This document shows, one piece after another, positions 49,546-60,824 of a stretch of 64,000 nt of DNA. Under the pieces are notes generated by a model, which was not told where the DNA came from, did not search any database, and saw nothing but the letters and a program-made list of their open reading frames with translations. A program made the position numbers and the translations under genes. Source of the DNA: Alphaproteobacteria bacterium (GTDB lineage Bacteria > Pseudomonadota > Alphaproteobacteria > CACIAM-22H2). The DNA lies in the NCBI GenBank assembly GCA_036381615.1, contig DASVCL010000066.1:24676-88675 (forward strand). Reading direction: 5' to 3'. Position 1 is the stretch's first letter, and every line of letters begins with the position of its first letter.

Positions 49546-50436
49546 CTAAAATTGCGCTTCGGCGACCTTGCGGATCAGGAAGTCGCGGAACACGGCGATG
49601 CGCTTCGAATTGCGCAGCTCCTCGGGATAGACGAAGTAGGCCTCGTAGGTCGGACCCTCGAGCTCGGGCAGGACCTGGACGATGCGCGAGCTCTCCTGCG
49701 CCATGTAGTCCGGGAAGGCGGCGATGCCGATGCCGTTCTCGACCGCGCGCATGATGGCATAGACGTTGTTCACCATCAGCGCCGGCTCGCGCCGATGGCC
49801 CGGCTTGGTGCCGGCTTCCAGCAACCAGTTGACGCCGGGGAAGGGCGGCCGCGGATCCTCGCCGTAGACGATGATCCGGTGATTGTCGAGATCCGCCGCC
49901 GTCTTCGGCATCCCGTACTTCTTCAGATAGGCCGGGCTTGCGAACACGTGCACGTGGATCGTCAGCAGGTGACGCTGGATCAGGTCCGGCTGGCGCGGCG
50001 TCGTCGTGCGGATGGCGCAGTCGGCCTCGCGCATGCCGAGGTCGAGCTCCTCGTCCTCGACGAGCAGGTTGAGGCGGATGTCGGGATAGAGGTCGATGAA
50101 CTCGCGCAGGCGCGGCGTGAGCCACACCGTGCCGAACGCGACCGGCGTCGTCACCCGGAGGAGACCCGACGGCCTGTCCTTGCTCTCGCTGATCTGCGCC
50201 TCGGCCGAGGCGAGCTTCAGGAACACTTCGCGGACGGTACGAAAGAGCAGCTCGCCCTGCTCGGTCAGAATGAGGCCGCGTGCGTGCCGGTGGAACAGGG
50301 GCGTGCGCAGCGACTCCTCGAGCGCGCTGATCTGCCGGCTGACCGCCGACTGGCTGAGGTTCAGCACCTCGCCGGCATGCGTGAAGCTGCCGGCCTCGGC
50401 CACGGCGTGAAAGATTCGCAGTTTGTCCCAGTCCAT
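49546..50436 (-). CDS. LysR-family transcriptional regulator (LsrB/VtlR-like by position next to trxB)
   Basis: MDWDKLRIFHAVAEAGSFTHAGEVLNLSQSAVSRQISALEESL wHTH plus LysR substrate domain. Confidence 0.9.
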   Translation of the reverse strand: MDWDKLRIFHAVAEAGSFTHAGEVLNLSQSAVSRQISALEESLRTPLFHRHARGLILTEQGELLFRTVREVFLKLASAEAQISESKDRPSGLLRVTTPVAFGTVWLTPRLREFIDLYPDIRLNLLVEDEELDLGMREADCAIRTTTPRQPDLIQRHLLTIHVHVFASPAYLKKYGMPKTAADLDNHRIIVYGEDPRPPFPGVNWLLEAGTKPGHRREPALMVNNVYAIMRAVENGIGIAAFPDYMAQESSRIVQVLPELEGPTYEAYFVYPEELRNSKRIAVFRDFLIRKVAEAQF

Positions 50437-50494
50437 TCTTGCCGGAAGCCGCCGCGACCATCACGCGGCGGTTCCCCCCTGTTCAAATCATTGT

Positions 50495-51463
50495 TTACTG
50501 CGCCGCTTCCAGCACAGCCGCGTCCGCATGGGCAAGGAAGCGTTCCGCCTCGAGCGCGCCCATGCAGCCCATGCCGGCGGCCGTCACCGCCTGACGGAAA
50601 ACCTTGTCCTTGACGTCGCCTGCGGCGAACACGCCCGGGACGCTGGTCGCCGTCGAATCGGGTTTGGTCACGATGTAGCCCTCGGCGTCCATGTCGAGCT
50701 GACCCTTGAAGAGTTCGGTCGCCGGCGTATGGCCGATCGCGACGAACAAGCCGTCGACGTCCAGCCGCCGCTCCGCCCCGGTGACGACATCGCGCAGCCG
50801 GAGACCCGTGACGGTCGCCGGGTTGTCGTGACCAAGGACTTCCTCGACGACGGAATTCCAGATGACCTCGATCTTCGGGTTGGCGAACACGCGGGCCTGG
50901 TTCGTCTTGTCGGCGCGAAGCTGGTCGCGGCGATGAATGAGCGTCACGCGGGACGCATGATTGGTGAGGTAAAGCGCCTCCTCGGCCGCCGTGTTGCCGC
51001 CGCCCACCACCGCGACATGCTTGCCGCGGAAGAAGAAGCCGTCGCAGGTCGCACAGGCGGAAACGCCATAGCCGCGGAATTTCTCCTCGCTCGGAAGGCC
51101 GAGCCAGCGCGCCTGCGCACCCGTGCAGATGATCAGCGTGTCGCCGAGATAGGTGTCCCCGCTGTCGCCGACGCAGGCGAAAGGACGGCGCGAAAGATCG
51201 ACCTTGACGATCGTGTCCTCGAAGATCCGCGTTCCGACATGCTCGGCCTGCTTGCCCATCTGCTCCATGAGCCATGGCCCCTGGATCGGATCGGCAAAGC
51301 CCGGGTAGTTCTCGACCTCCGTCGTGATCGAGAGCTGGCCGCCAGGCTGCAGGCCGCGGATGAGCATCGGGCCCAGATTGGCGCGGGCAGCATAGATCGC
51401 GGCGGTGTATCCGGCGGGACCGGAGCCGAGGATCAGGACCTTGGTATGATGAGTCTGGGGCAT
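50495..51463 (-). CDS. trxB: thioredoxin-disulfide reductase
   Basis: Start [22 protein letters not shown] (51463); CATCDG redox centre; [13 protein letters not shown] motif. Confidence 0.95.
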   Translation of the reverse strand: MPQTHHTKVLILGSGPAGYTAAIYAARANLGPMLIRGLQPGGQLSITTEVENYPGFADPIQGPWLMEQMGKQAEHVGTRIFEDTIVKVDLSRRPFACVGDSGDTYLGDTLIICTGAQARWLGLPSEEKFRGYGVSACATCDGFFFRGKHVAVVGGGNTAAEEALYLTNHASRVTLIHRRDQLRADKTNQARVFANPKIEVIWNSVVEEVLGHDNPATVTGLRLRDVVTGAERRLDVDGLFVAIGHTPATELFKGQLDMDAEGYIVTKPDSTATSVPGVFAAGDVKDKVFRQAVTAAGMGCMGALEAERFLAHADAAVLEAAQ

Positions 51464-51599
51464 TGGCGAATCGGCGCGTGGGGGCGCTGCACAACTTAAG
51501 ACCCCATTCCCCGGGGTGCAAGCATGCAAGCTTCGCCTTTCGCGCGGCGTCGGAATGGAGCGACGCTCGCACGATGACTTCCGACGCGGCGGATTTGCC

Positions 51600-53516
51600 T
51601 CAAAATCCGAACATGTGATCGAGGCTGAAGCTCGCGTCGCCGGCGACCAGTCCGTGATAGCCGAACAGGCGGCACGTCGTGTCGCGCACGATGACATAGC
51701 CGCCGTCGCTGGCGCGTGCGAGCAGCGACGGTCCGAACACCTCCGACGCCCGCCACAGATACGAGCCGCTGCATGGAATGCGGACATGCTCGCGCGCAAG
51801 CTCCGTGCCCGCGCGATCGTGGAGTATGAGCCACGTGTCGGACTGAGCGTGCCACGGCGTCGAGGCGGGGTAGATGAGGTGGCAGAGCGTATCGAGACCG
51901 TCGGCGCCGAGCCGCAGGAAAAGCCGCGTCGACAGCCCGGGCGGGGTGCCGGTGTAGGATTGGGGCTCGTTCCTGTAGGTGAGAACCGTGTTGAAGATAT
52001 GCGCCCCGAAGCTGGTCTCGGCGGCGTGGCCGCTCACCTTGTCCTCGTAGCGGAAAAGGGCGTGGAGCCAACCGTCGCCCTCACCGCCGTCACGGAAATC
52101 GTAGAGCAGCTCGAGGTGCCCGTAGCCGGACGGAAGCGCGGCCTCGATGGCGCCGTTCAGGACGTCGCTCACGTCCACGGCGGTACGGTGATTGCGCGGC
52201 AGCCGGCCAAGGAAGCGCTCGGCCGCCTCGCGGCCGCTGGCGTCGTAGATCCGCACGCCGACCGGCAGCTCTGCCTGCGTCGTCGCCATCGGCGTCGGCA
52301 GGAGGAGGCTGCGATAGCGGCCGGGCGGCAGCACGGGCGCCGGCAGCACGAAGCCCTTGCCCATCAGGTTGGCGAGCTCCGGCAGATGCGGGTCGGGCTT
52401 GAGGTCGATGCGCTCCACGTTCGGGTGGGCGATGCGACGGCGGCCCGACTCGGTGGTGATCTCGTAGCGCGGGCGGACGAAGTGCCGCCCGGCACGGATC
52501 TCGATCTGCGCCGGCCAGCGCGCGGCCGGCAGCAGCGCCGAGACGTCGAGGGCATAGCTGCCGAAGGGCGGCACGGCACGGTCGAGCCAGACGACCTCGT
52601 CCTCGCCCATCAGGTTGAGGCCGATCGCCCCGGCCGGGATGGGGCAGGGGTGGCTGTTCTGGACCCAGAGGATCACCTTTTCGTCCGCACGGGGAGCCGG
52701 CAGGCCGGCGTAGAAATCGGCGGGCCAGGCGTTGGCGTCGTGCGTGCACGAGAGGTCCGCCGCGTGCTCGCCGAAAACGTCCAGCGCGTATTTCACGACG
52801 TCGTGCCCGGCGGCCCCCGTCGCGTGGATGAAGAGCTGGCCCGTGAAGTCGCCGAGGCCAAAGCGGCGCCGAACGTCGCGGCTATCGATGACGATCCCGG
52901 CGGGACCGGGCGGCACGTCCTCGCGCCACTCGGCCAGCACCCGACCGTCGGCATCGAACAGACAGAGCCACAGCGCGACCTCGCTCGCGCCATAGCCGGC
53001 CCAGTAGTTCGCGGTCGTGACGCGCGTGTGGAGACCGGCGCGGTCGCGGAAGAACGCGAAATTGGTCGCGAAGTTCAGCGGGTCGAGGTAGCGGCGCCGG
53101 TTCGTCAGCATCCCGTCCGGCAGGCGGGCGGCGTCGAGCGTCACGATCCCGGCGCCAGGGGGAACGAGGTGACGTATATGCGCGACGGTGCGTTCGGCAT
53201 CGAAGACGGGGATGAAGACGCGCGCGACCCTGGCCCCGGCAAGGTCGGTCACCGGTTGGGCGGCGCGGCCCAGGATCGTTCGGCCGATCTCGGCGACGTT
53301 CTGGACGAAGGCGGCGCTAACGTCGACGCCATCCAGGCCGTGGATCTCGGCAAACGCGTCGGCGGTGCCGGCCGGATCGTAGACGGCAATGGGACCGGCC
53401 GCGCGCAGGTCTGCCAGCAACGCGCCGATCGCCGCCTGCACGTGCGGATGGCCGATGGCCTTGAAGAAACTGTCGCCGCCCTTGGCGTTACTGAACGTCT
53501 CGATCCTGAGCGCCAT
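51600..53516 (-). CDS. conserved-looking hypothetical protein, 638 aa, internally repetitive
   Basis: Long ORF with balanced composition and strong codon bias; recurring blocks [18 protein letters not shown] / [18 protein letters not shown] / [17 protein letters not shown]; no family recognised. Confidence 0.8.
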   Translation of the reverse strand: MALRIETFSNAKGGDSFFKAIGHPHVQAAIGALLADLRAAGPIAVYDPAGTADAFAEIHGLDGVDVSAAFVQNVAEIGRTILGRAAQPVTDLAGARVARVFIPVFDAERTVAHIRHLVPPGAGIVTLDAARLPDGMLTNRRRYLDPLNFATNFAFFRDRAGLHTRVTTANYWAGYGASEVALWLCLFDADGRVLAEWREDVPPGPAGIVIDSRDVRRRFGLGDFTGQLFIHATGAAGHDVVKYALDVFGEHAADLSCTHDANAWPADFYAGLPAPRADEKVILWVQNSHPCPIPAGAIGLNLMGEDEVVWLDRAVPPFGSYALDVSALLPAARWPAQIEIRAGRHFVRPRYEITTESGRRRIAHPNVERIDLKPDPHLPELANLMGKGFVLPAPVLPPGRYRSLLLPTPMATTQAELPVGVRIYDASGREAAERFLGRLPRNHRTAVDVSDVLNGAIEAALPSGYGHLELLYDFRDGGEGDGWLHALFRYEDKVSGHAAETSFGAHIFNTVLTYRNEPQSYTGTPPGLSTRLFLRLGADGLDTLCHLIYPASTPWHAQSDTWLILHDRAGTELAREHVRIPCSGSYLWRASEVFGPSLLARASDGGYVIVRDTTCRLFGYHGLVAGDASFSLDHMFGF

Positions 53517-53590
53517 GTACGAATCCGGTGTTTGTTACGCCGGTCTTATAGCGGGTGGCCGGCCTTCCCACCACCGGATCGGTACCGGGA

Positions 53591-54547
53591 TCACGACCAG
53601 CCGAAGCGCTGGCGGATCTTTGCCGCGGCCCGCGCCGTGTCGTCGGGCGGGTCGTAGCGCCACGTGGCGACACTGCCGTCGAACCGGCGGGTGATGCCGT
53701 CGGCCAAGAGCATCTCGTGGAACCGCCGGATCCGGCGCGATTCGCCCTCGAGACGAGCGACATAGACGGGCTTTCCGGTCGCGATCGCCTCGGACGTCAT
53801 CGACACCGAGTCCTCGGTGACGATGATCGAGTCGGCGAGTGCAAGCATGCCGAAATAGGGGTTCTCGCCTGTGCCGTCCCAGATATAGGCGGAGGCACCG
53901 GCGAGCCGTTCGCGCAGGATCGCGACGCAGTCGGGGTCGGTGCGGCGCGACGGCGTTACGGCCAGGCCGCCGCCCGAGGCGCAGGCAAATCTCAGCAGGT
54001 CGTCGGCGAGCCGCCTCGAAATGTCGGGCGTCAGCCGATGCCGACGGTTGGAGCCGCCGACCAGTACGGCGGTGAGCGGGCGCGGCAGATGCGCGAACAC
54101 CGGGCGCCAGCGCTCCGCCCCCGCCTCAAGCTTCGTCGCCGTCACGGCATGGACGGCAGCCTTGGTGACGATCACGTTGGGGCCGTCGACGTTGTCGTGC
54201 CGGGGCACGACGACGACATCGAACGCGCCGAGATTCATCCGCGGATTCTGGATGTGGACGATCCGTGTCCGGCCGCCGCTCGCACGCTTGATGGCGACGG
54301 CGAGCGGCGCGCTGACGTTGCCGCAACTGATGACGAGATCGGGCCAGGGCGGGGCGAGCGGGTCGCTGTCGCGGGTCGGCGCGGCGAGCGGCCGGAACCA
54401 CAGCCGATTGGGCAGCCAGTCCCAGGGCAGCCGGACCCGGACGCGCTTGATCTCAGGCGTCAACCCCAACGCTTCGGCGAGGCCGCGCCCCTGTGCCTCC
54501 ATGCCGGCGTGGCCCTCGGTGATCACCCAGCACTTCGGCGTCGTCAT
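53591..54547 (-). CDS. ELM1/DUF1022-family putative glycosyltransferase
   Basis: CWVITEGHAGMEAQGRGLAEAL, VLVGGSNRRHRL, TPSRRT, IVTEDSVSMTSEA blocks typical of the family. Confidence 0.8.
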   Translation of the reverse strand: MTTPKCWVITEGHAGMEAQGRGLAEALGLTPEIKRVRVRLPWDWLPNRLWFRPLAAPTRDSDPLAPPWPDLVISCGNVSAPLAVAIKRASGGRTRIVHIQNPRMNLGAFDVVVVPRHDNVDGPNVIVTKAAVHAVTATKLEAGAERWRPVFAHLPRPLTAVLVGGSNRRHRLTPDISRRLADDLLRFACASGGGLAVTPSRRTDPDCVAILRERLAGASAYIWDGTGENPYFGMLALADSIIVTEDSVSMTSEAIATGKPVYVARLEGESRRIRRFHEMLLADGITRRFDGSVATWRYDPPDDTARAAAKIRQRFGWS

Positions 54548-54688
54548 GAAACGTGACCATCCAGACGGCCGGGCGCGGTGAAAAAGCGCGGCACGATGGC
54601 GAATCCGCCCGTCTGAACCAAGTAGTTGCTATTTTTCTGCATTCTGTGTAACATTATTTCAAGTCAGCGCAATTTACGGAAAAGGGCG

Positions 54689-55165
54689 ATGCGCCGGGTG
54701 AAACTCGACCGGATCGATCGGCGGATCCTTCGTGACCTTCAGGACAACGGCCGGATGACGAATGTCGAGCTTGCCAAACGGGCCGAAATCTCGGCGCCGC
54801 CGTGCCTGAGGCGCGTGCGTGCGCTCGAAGAGGCGAAGGTCATAAAGGGTTATCACGCGGAACTCAATCCTGCCGCGCTCGGCTATCACGTGACAGTGTT
54901 CGCGCATGTCGGCCTGTCGAGTCAGGCCGAACACGACCTCAAGGCGTTCGAGGACATGGTGAACACGTGGCCGCAGGTGCGCGAATGCCACATGCTGGCA
55001 GGGGAGACCGACTTCCTGCTCAAGATCGTCGCCGAGGACTGGGACGCCTATCAGACCTTCCTCACCACCAAGCTGACGACCGCGCCCAACGTGAGCCACG
55101 TCAAGTCCGCCCTGGCGATTCGCACGGCAAAACTTCTGCCGGGGGTTCCGGTCGAAGTGGATTGA
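54689..55165 (+). CDS. lrp: Lrp/AsnC-family transcriptional regulator
   Basis: LDRIDRRILRDLQDNGRMTNVELAKRAEISAPPCLRRVRALEEAKVIKGY; AT-rich upstream region. Confidence 0.9.
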   Translation: MRRVKLDRIDRRILRDLQDNGRMTNVELAKRAEISAPPCLRRVRALEEAKVIKGYHAELNPAALGYHVTVFAHVGLSSQAEHDLKAFEDMVNTWPQVRECHMLAGETDFLLKIVAEDWDAYQTFLTTKLTTAPNVSHVKSALAIRTAKLLPGVPVEVD

Positions 55166-55615
55166 GCACCCCTTTACGCACGGCCGGCGCGGTGCAACGC
55201 AATGCAGCCGCACACGGCCGAGACGAGCGAGCCGGCAAGAACGCCGACGCGAAGGCAATCTCGGTTGCCGGCAGGATTTTCCAGCCGCGTATCGCGATCG
55301 TATCGTCCAGTTGAGAACGACGTAGACCGCCGCTGGCGCGATCATGCCGCCGACGAAGTCGCGGCTCGGACGGCCGGAAACGACCGCGGCGGGCATCGGC
55401 ATTTTACCGCGATCGCGTTTCACCCTTGCGTCACCCTTGCGCGCCGCTCGCGATGCGGATTCGGTCGCGTCTGCAGGCTCGACGAAGATAATGCAGGACA
55501 CGGAGCTCCAGCTTGACTTGATCGGACGTTTCGGAAAAGTTTGCACACCGCCCGCGGACGACGGAGCCGATCCGCGACGAGGGTGCTTTCATTTCGGCAG
55601 CGGGCGCGAGGTTTC

Positions 55616-56437
55616 ATGAAAACCATCCTCGTCCACCTGGCTCACGATGACGATTGCCGCCGCCGTGTGGAAACGGCGACCGGCTTGGCCGTCGCGCATG
55701 GCGCCCACCTCGTGGGCATCTATACGAAATCACCGCACGTCACGCCGCCGGCGATCGTCGGTCGCGGCGCATCCGCCCAGTTCCTGCGGGAAATGGAGGC
55801 GAGCGCCGCGGCGCAGGCACAGGACGCATCCGCGGCGTTCCGCACGGCAACGGAGCGGGCCGGCATCACGGCCGAGTTCGTCCAGCAGCCCGGCGAGGTG
55901 ATGGACGTGCTCGCAGCACGTTCGTGCAGCGCCGATCTTCTCGTCGTCAGCCAGACTCCGCCGGAAACGGTAGAGGACGTGCTGACCGGCAACCGGCCGG
56001 ACCAGGCCGCGCTGGTCGCCGCCTGCCCCACGCTGATCATCCCGCACGGCACCGGCACGCCGGAGACCGGTCGGCGCGTGCTGATCGCGTGGAAACGTAC
56101 GCGCGAAGCGGCCCGCGCGGTAAGGGACGCATTGCCGATCCTGCGCCGGGCCCAGGCCGTCACCGCGCTCACGGTCGGCCCGGCGGCATCCGACGATGGG
56201 TCCAGCGCCGGACTGGCGGCATATCTCGAGCGGTACGGCATTCGCGCCGCGATGCGGCCCGATTACGGTGACGAGAGCGACGTCGGCGCCGTCGTGCTGG
56301 CCCATGCGCGTGATCTGGACGCCGACATGATCGTGATGGGCGCCTACGGGCACTCGCGGTTGCGCGAAATGATCCTCGGTGGCGCGACCGCGCATATTCT
56401 GGCAAACACCACGGTGCCGGTGCTGATGTCGCATTGA
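55616..56437 (+). CDS. tandem-domain universal stress protein
   Basis: Two Usp halves; C-terminal DMIVMGAYGHSRLREMILGGATAHILANTTVPVLMSH. Confidence 0.85.
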   Translation: MKTILVHLAHDDDCRRRVETATGLAVAHGAHLVGIYTKSPHVTPPAIVGRGASAQFLREMEASAAAQAQDASAAFRTATERAGITAEFVQQPGEVMDVLAARSCSADLLVVSQTPPETVEDVLTGNRPDQAALVAACPTLIIPHGTGTPETGRRVLIAWKRTREAARAVRDALPILRRAQAVTALTVGPAASDDGSSAGLAAYLERYGIRAAMRPDYGDESDVGAVVLAHARDLDADMIVMGAYGHSRLREMILGGATAHILANTTVPVLMSH

Positions 56438-56505
56438 GATGCCCATCCGTTCGAAGCGGCCGGTCGGCCCAATCCGCAACGAATTCGACGAGAGCAGGGA
56501 GAAGA

Positions 56506-57936
56506 ATGAATAAACGCACAATGCTTCTGGCGGTCGTCGCCGCAGTTCTCGGCCTCATCCTGCCGGATGTCGCGCTCGCCGCGTCGGCCGGAACGGACGC
56601 GCCGCACGTGGATGGCAGCGCTCTCAGCCTGATCTGGGGGCTGCCGTTCGTCGGCATCCTGCTGTCGATCGCCCTGTTTCCGCTGTTCGCGCCGCATTTC
56701 TGGGAGCATCACTTCGGCAAGGTCTCGGCGTTCTGGGCGCTCGCCTTCCTGGTTCCGTTCGCCGTGACGTTCGGACCGGCCGTGACGACCTACAGCGTCC
56801 TGCACACGCTGCTGCTCGAGTATGTTCCCTTCATCATCCTGCTGTTCGCACTGTTCACCGTCAGCGGCGGCATTTCGGTCAAGGGCGCGATGAGCGGCAC
56901 GCCCGTCTCCAACACCGTCATGCTCGGCATCGGCACGGCGGTCGCAAGCTGGACCGGCACGACCGGCGCATCGATGCTGCTGATCCGGCCGATGCTGCAG
57001 GCGAACAAATGGCGTCGGCACGTGGTGCACACGGTCGTATTCTTCATCTTTCTCGTGTCGAATATCGGCGGCTCGCTCACGCCGCTGGGCGATCCGCCGC
57101 TGTTCCTGGGCTTCCTCAAGGGCGTCGACTTCTTCTGGACGACGACGCACATCTTCTCGGAGACGCTCGTCGTCGCCGTGCCGCTGCTGGCCCTGTTCTT
57201 CGTGATCGACAGCTTCTACTACCGCAAGGAGACGAACACGCCGCCCGCGCGTGCCGGCGGCATTCACGTCGAAGGCAAGATCAACATCCTGCTGCTCGCC
57301 GGTGTCGTCGGCGCCGTTCTCCTGAGCGGCGTCTGGGATTCGGGTGTGTCGTTCACGATATATCACAACGAGATTCCGCTGCAGAACCTCGTCCGCGACG
57401 CGCTGCTGATCGTGATCGCGTTCGCATCGCTTCGCCTCACGCCAAAGGCGGCGCACGAGATGAACGACTTCAACTGGGGTCCAATGAAGGAGGTCGCCAA
57501 GCTCTTTGCCGGCATCTTTCTCACCATCGTTCCGGTGATCGAAATCCTGCGCGCCGGCAGGGAGGGGGCGCTGAGCGGGGTCGTCGCGCTGGTGACGCGG
57601 CCGGACGGCATGCCCGACAACGCCATGTATTTCTGGCTGACCGGCATGCTTTCGAGCTTCCTCGACAATGCGCCGACCTACCTCGTGTTCTTCAATCTCG
57701 CCGGCGGCGATGCCGAAGTGCTGATGCACCAGATGCCGGTCACACTCGCCGCGATCTCGTGCGGGGCAGTGTTCATGGGCGCCAACAGCTATATCGGCAA
57801 CGCGCCCAACTTCATGGTCAAGGCGATCGCCGAAAGCCGGGGCGTGAAGATGCCGAGCTTCTTCGGCTACATGGTCTGGTCGGTCCTGATCCTGATCCCG
57901 CTCTTCCTGCTGACGACGTTCATCTTCTTCCGGTGA
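56506..57936 (+). CDS. sodium:proton antiporter-like permease (ArsB/NhaD superfamily)
   Basis: Start MNKRTM (56506); polytopic; PLGDPPLFLGF and NAPNFMVKAIAE blocks. Confidence 0.8.
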   Translation: MNKRTMLLAVVAAVLGLILPDVALAASAGTDAPHVDGSALSLIWGLPFVGILLSIALFPLFAPHFWEHHFGKVSAFWALAFLVPFAVTFGPAVTTYSVLHTLLLEYVPFIILLFALFTVSGGISVKGAMSGTPVSNTVMLGIGTAVASWTGTTGASMLLIRPMLQANKWRRHVVHTVVFFIFLVSNIGGSLTPLGDPPLFLGFLKGVDFFWTTTHIFSETLVVAVPLLALFFVIDSFYYRKETNTPPARAGGIHVEGKINILLLAGVVGAVLLSGVWDSGVSFTIYHNEIPLQNLVRDALLIVIAFASLRLTPKAAHEMNDFNWGPMKEVAKLFAGIFLTIVPVIEILRAGREGALSGVVALVTRPDGMPDNAMYFWLTGMLSSFLDNAPTYLVFFNLAGGDAEVLMHQMPVTLAAISCGAVFMGANSYIGNAPNFMVKAIAESRGVKMPSFFGYMVWSVLILIPLFLLTTFIFFR

Positions 57937-58109
57937 GCGACCGCGGGTCGCTCGGGTCGATCCGGCGGCGGCAACGTCGCAAACGCCGGGTCGGGTGGTG
58001 CCTGGGCGAGCCTGACGGCGGCGGACACCGATGGAGGGCAACGGCGGGCGCGTCGGTTTCTGCACGTGCATGAAGCCGACATTCCAGCCGGTGCAGATCG
58101 GCGTCGTGA

Positions 58110-59387
58110 TCAACGCATCCATGTCCGGCCGTGCCGCTCGCGAGGGATCGGGCGCGGCGGTGCGGCCGGCGTCGTCATTCGCCGCTCCTCGGGCGGTCTT
58201 ACGTGCCGGAACATCGCGAGGAGTGCGAGATCGTAGGCGATCTTCACGGCGCCGCCGGCGAGGAGCGGCCAGCCGAAGGACGACAGCGAGAGAAGATAGC
58301 CGGCGAGGGTCGGACTTGCCGCCGCGGCGAGGCTCCGCGGCACGGCGGTGACGCTCGCGGCCGCCGGCCGCTCCGGCGGGGTCACCACGGCCATCACATA
58401 GGACGTGCGCGTCGGCACGTCCATCTGCGACAGTAGACTGCGCACCAGCAGCAGACCGATGACGGACCAAAGCGCCGTCGCGAACGGGATGGCGACGAGG
58501 CACAGATTCGCCGGCAGATGCGTGAAGACCATCGTATTGATGAGCCCGATCCGCCGCGCGATCGGTGCCGCCGCAAGATAGGACAGCGCGGTCAGCACGT
58601 TCGACCAGAAGAAGATGTTTGCGGCGGCAGTGAGGGACAGATCGAAACGCTGGAACAGCCACAACGCCAGGATGGACTGGACGAGAAACCCACCGCCGAA
58701 CGAGTCCACGCTGAAGAGCGCCGCGAGCCGATAGACGATTCTGCGCGAAGGGCCGAGTGCCGGCCGCGCGGCGGTATCCCCGGCAATCCGCCACGGCGCG
58801 ATCGAACGGTAGATGAGACCAGCGGCAAGGCCGATCGCGGCATAGAGGACGAACATCGCCTGCAGTGCCGCGACCTGGGGCACGGCGAAACGCGCCACGA
58901 TCAGTTCCGGTGCCGAGGCGAACAGCGTGCCAAGGGCGCCCGACAGCGCGCCGACCAGACTATAGCGGGCGAACAGCGCCGTGCGATCGGCGTCGCCGAC
59001 GGCGTGGGCGAGGAGCGTCTGCTCGACCGGCGCGAACACGCTCACGTCGCCGGAGGACGGGTTGAGCGTACCCACGGACGCGATGAGAAGCAGCGGCCAG
59101 AACGATGTGAGCCCGGCGAAGCCGAGCCCGGTGGCGAACATCAGCACCGTTGCGCCAATCAATAGCGCGCGCAGGCCGGCACGCCCGGCGATGAATCCGA
59201 CCGCGAGCGTCATCGCCGCCGAGCCCAGCAGAGTCGCGGTGGCGATCGTACCGATCTCCAGGGGCGCCAGACCGAGGGCCAGCAGATAGGCCGGCAGCAG
59301 GATGCTGACGAATCCATCGGCGAAGGCGCGCAGGGCCTTCGCCCACAGGATGCGGGCGACGTCAGGATGCGCGCTCTGGGGCAGCAC
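58110..59387 (-). CDS. MFS transporter
   Basis: 12 hydrophobic segments; GTG start 13 nt after the chrA stop. Confidence 0.85.
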   Translation of the reverse strand: MLPQSAHPDVARILWAKALRAFADGFVSILLPAYLLALGLAPLEIGTIATATLLGSAAMTLAVGFIAGRAGLRALLIGATVLMFATGLGFAGLTSFWPLLLIASVGTLNPSSGDVSVFAPVEQTLLAHAVGDADRTALFARYSLVGALSGALGTLFASAPELIVARFAVPQVAALQAMFVLYAAIGLAAGLIYRSIAPWRIAGDTAARPALGPSRRIVYRLAALFSVDSFGGGFLVQSILALWLFQRFDLSLTAAANIFFWSNVLTALSYLAAAPIARRIGLINTMVFTHLPANLCLVAIPFATALWSVIGLLLVRSLLSQMDVPTRTSYVMAVVTPPERPAAASVTAVPRSLAAAASPTLAGYLLSLSSFGWPLLAGGAVKIAYDLALLAMFRHVRPPEERRMTTPAAPPRPIPRERHGRTWMR

Positions 59388-59399
59388 TGTCTGCGTGCC

Positions 59400-60824
59400 C
59401 TATGTCGCGCCGCTCACGAGAAACCAGAGAATCCCGAGTGCGGCGGCGCCGGTAAGCGTCGGGATCATGCCGAGCTTGAACCGGAACATCGCCAGGGTCG
59501 CGGCGATCGTCAGAACCAGCGACGGCGCGTTCAGAGTCGTAAAGACCGGGACGTCGAGCGCAAGGCCGAAGGTCGTGATCTCGCGCACCTCGGCGAACAA
59601 CACGTGTAGCGCGAACCAGACCGCGAGGTTCAGGATCACGCCCACGACCGCCGCCGTGATCGCCGCCAGCGCCGCGGACAGTGCCCGATTCCCGCGCAGT
59701 GCCTCGATATAGGGCGCTCCCAGGAAGATCCAGAGGAAGCAAGGTACGAACGTGACCCAGGTGGTGAGGATCCCGCCGAGCGTACCGGCCAGCATCGGGT
59801 CGAGGCCGCCCGGATTGCGGTAGGCGCCGAGGAAGCCGACGAACTGCGTTACCATGATCAGCGGACCCGGCGTGGTTTCGGCCATACCGAGGCCATCGAG
59901 CATCTCGCCGGGCGCCAGCCAGCCGTAGTGCTCCACGGCCTGCTGCGCGACATAGGCGAGGACGGCGTAGGCGCCGCCGAACGTGACGACAGCCATCTTG
60001 CTGAAGAACACGGCGATCTGGGTAAAGACGTCGGCGCTTCCCAAGGTCGCGAACAGCGCGACGATCGGACCCAGCCAGAGCACAAGACATGTAGCGGCCA
60101 CCTTCAGCGACCAGCCGAGCGATGGTCGCGCATGGGGCGGAACCTGTTCACCGAGCAGGGTGTCGCGATCGGTCGCGGCATTCGTGCCGTTCGTCTCGTG
60201 GCCATTTGCCGCCGCAAAAGCGGACAGGCTGAGGCGGCCGCCGACGAAGCCGATCACGCCGGCGCCGAGGATGATGAGCGGGAAAGGAACGTCGAACGCG
60301 AAGATCGCGACGAAGGCTGCGGCCGCGAGGCCGGTCATGACACGATTCCTGAGCGCGCGCCGACCGATCCGCACCACCGCATCGACGACGACGGCGAGGA
60401 CGGCAGCCTTCAACCCGAAGAAGAGGGCCTGAACCACCCCGACGTTGCCAAAGCGGGCATAGAGCCAGCTCAGGACCATGAGCGCGACGAAGCCCGGCAA
60501 CACGAACAACGTGCCGGCGACCACGCCGCCGAGCGTGCGATGCATCAGCCAGCCGACATAGATCGCGAGCTGCGTCGCCTCGGGCCCCGGCAGCAGCATG
60601 CAGTAGTTGAGCGCGTGCAGGAACCGGCTTTCACCGATCCAGCGCTTTTCCTCGACGAGGATGCGATGCATGACGGCGATCTGTCCGGCCGGCCCGCCGA
60701 AGCTGAGCGCCGCGATGCGTGCCCACACCCCGACGGCATGTCGGAACGGCACGCCGTGATGCGGCGTATCGACAGTGCGGCAGGCGGGTGGTGCGGCTGT
60801 GCCATGCATCGTGCGTCCTTTCAT
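59400..60824 (-). CDS. chrA: chromate efflux transporter ChrA (duplicated CHR domains)
   Basis: IAALSFGGPAGQIAVMHRILVEEKRWI and second FGGAYAVLAYVAQQAVEHYGWL repeat; ATGA overlap with chrB. Confidence 0.9.
   Translation of the reverse strand: MKGRTMHGTAAPPACRTVDTPHHGVPFRHAVGVWARIAALSFGGPAGQIAVMHRILVEEKRWIGESRFLHALNYCMLLPGPEATQLAIYVGWLMHRTLGGVVAGTLFVLPGFVALMVLSWLYARFGNVGVVQALFFGLKAAVLAVVVDAVVRIGRRALRNRVMTGLAAAAFVAIFAFDVPFPLIILGAGVIGFVGGRLSLSAFAAANGHETNGTNAATDRDTLLGEQVPPHARPSLGWSLKVAATCLVLWLGPIVALFATLGSADVFTQIAVFFSKMAVVTFGGAYAVLAYVAQQAVEHYGWLAPGEMLDGLGMAETTPGPLIMVTQFVGFLGAYRNPGGLDPMLAGTLGGILTTWVTFVPCFLWIFLGAPYIEALRGNRALSAALAAITAAVVGVILNLAVWFALHVLFAEVREITTFGLALDVPVFTTLNAPSLVLTIAATLAMFRFKLGMIPTLTGAAALGILWFLVSGAT

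Noticed and set aside
54674-55546. 290-aa minus-strand ORF covering lrp and the lrp-usp gap
   Set aside because: It is antisense to an unmistakable Lrp/AsnC gene. The part in the gap has no start codon with an SD, and alternative frames are broken by stops.
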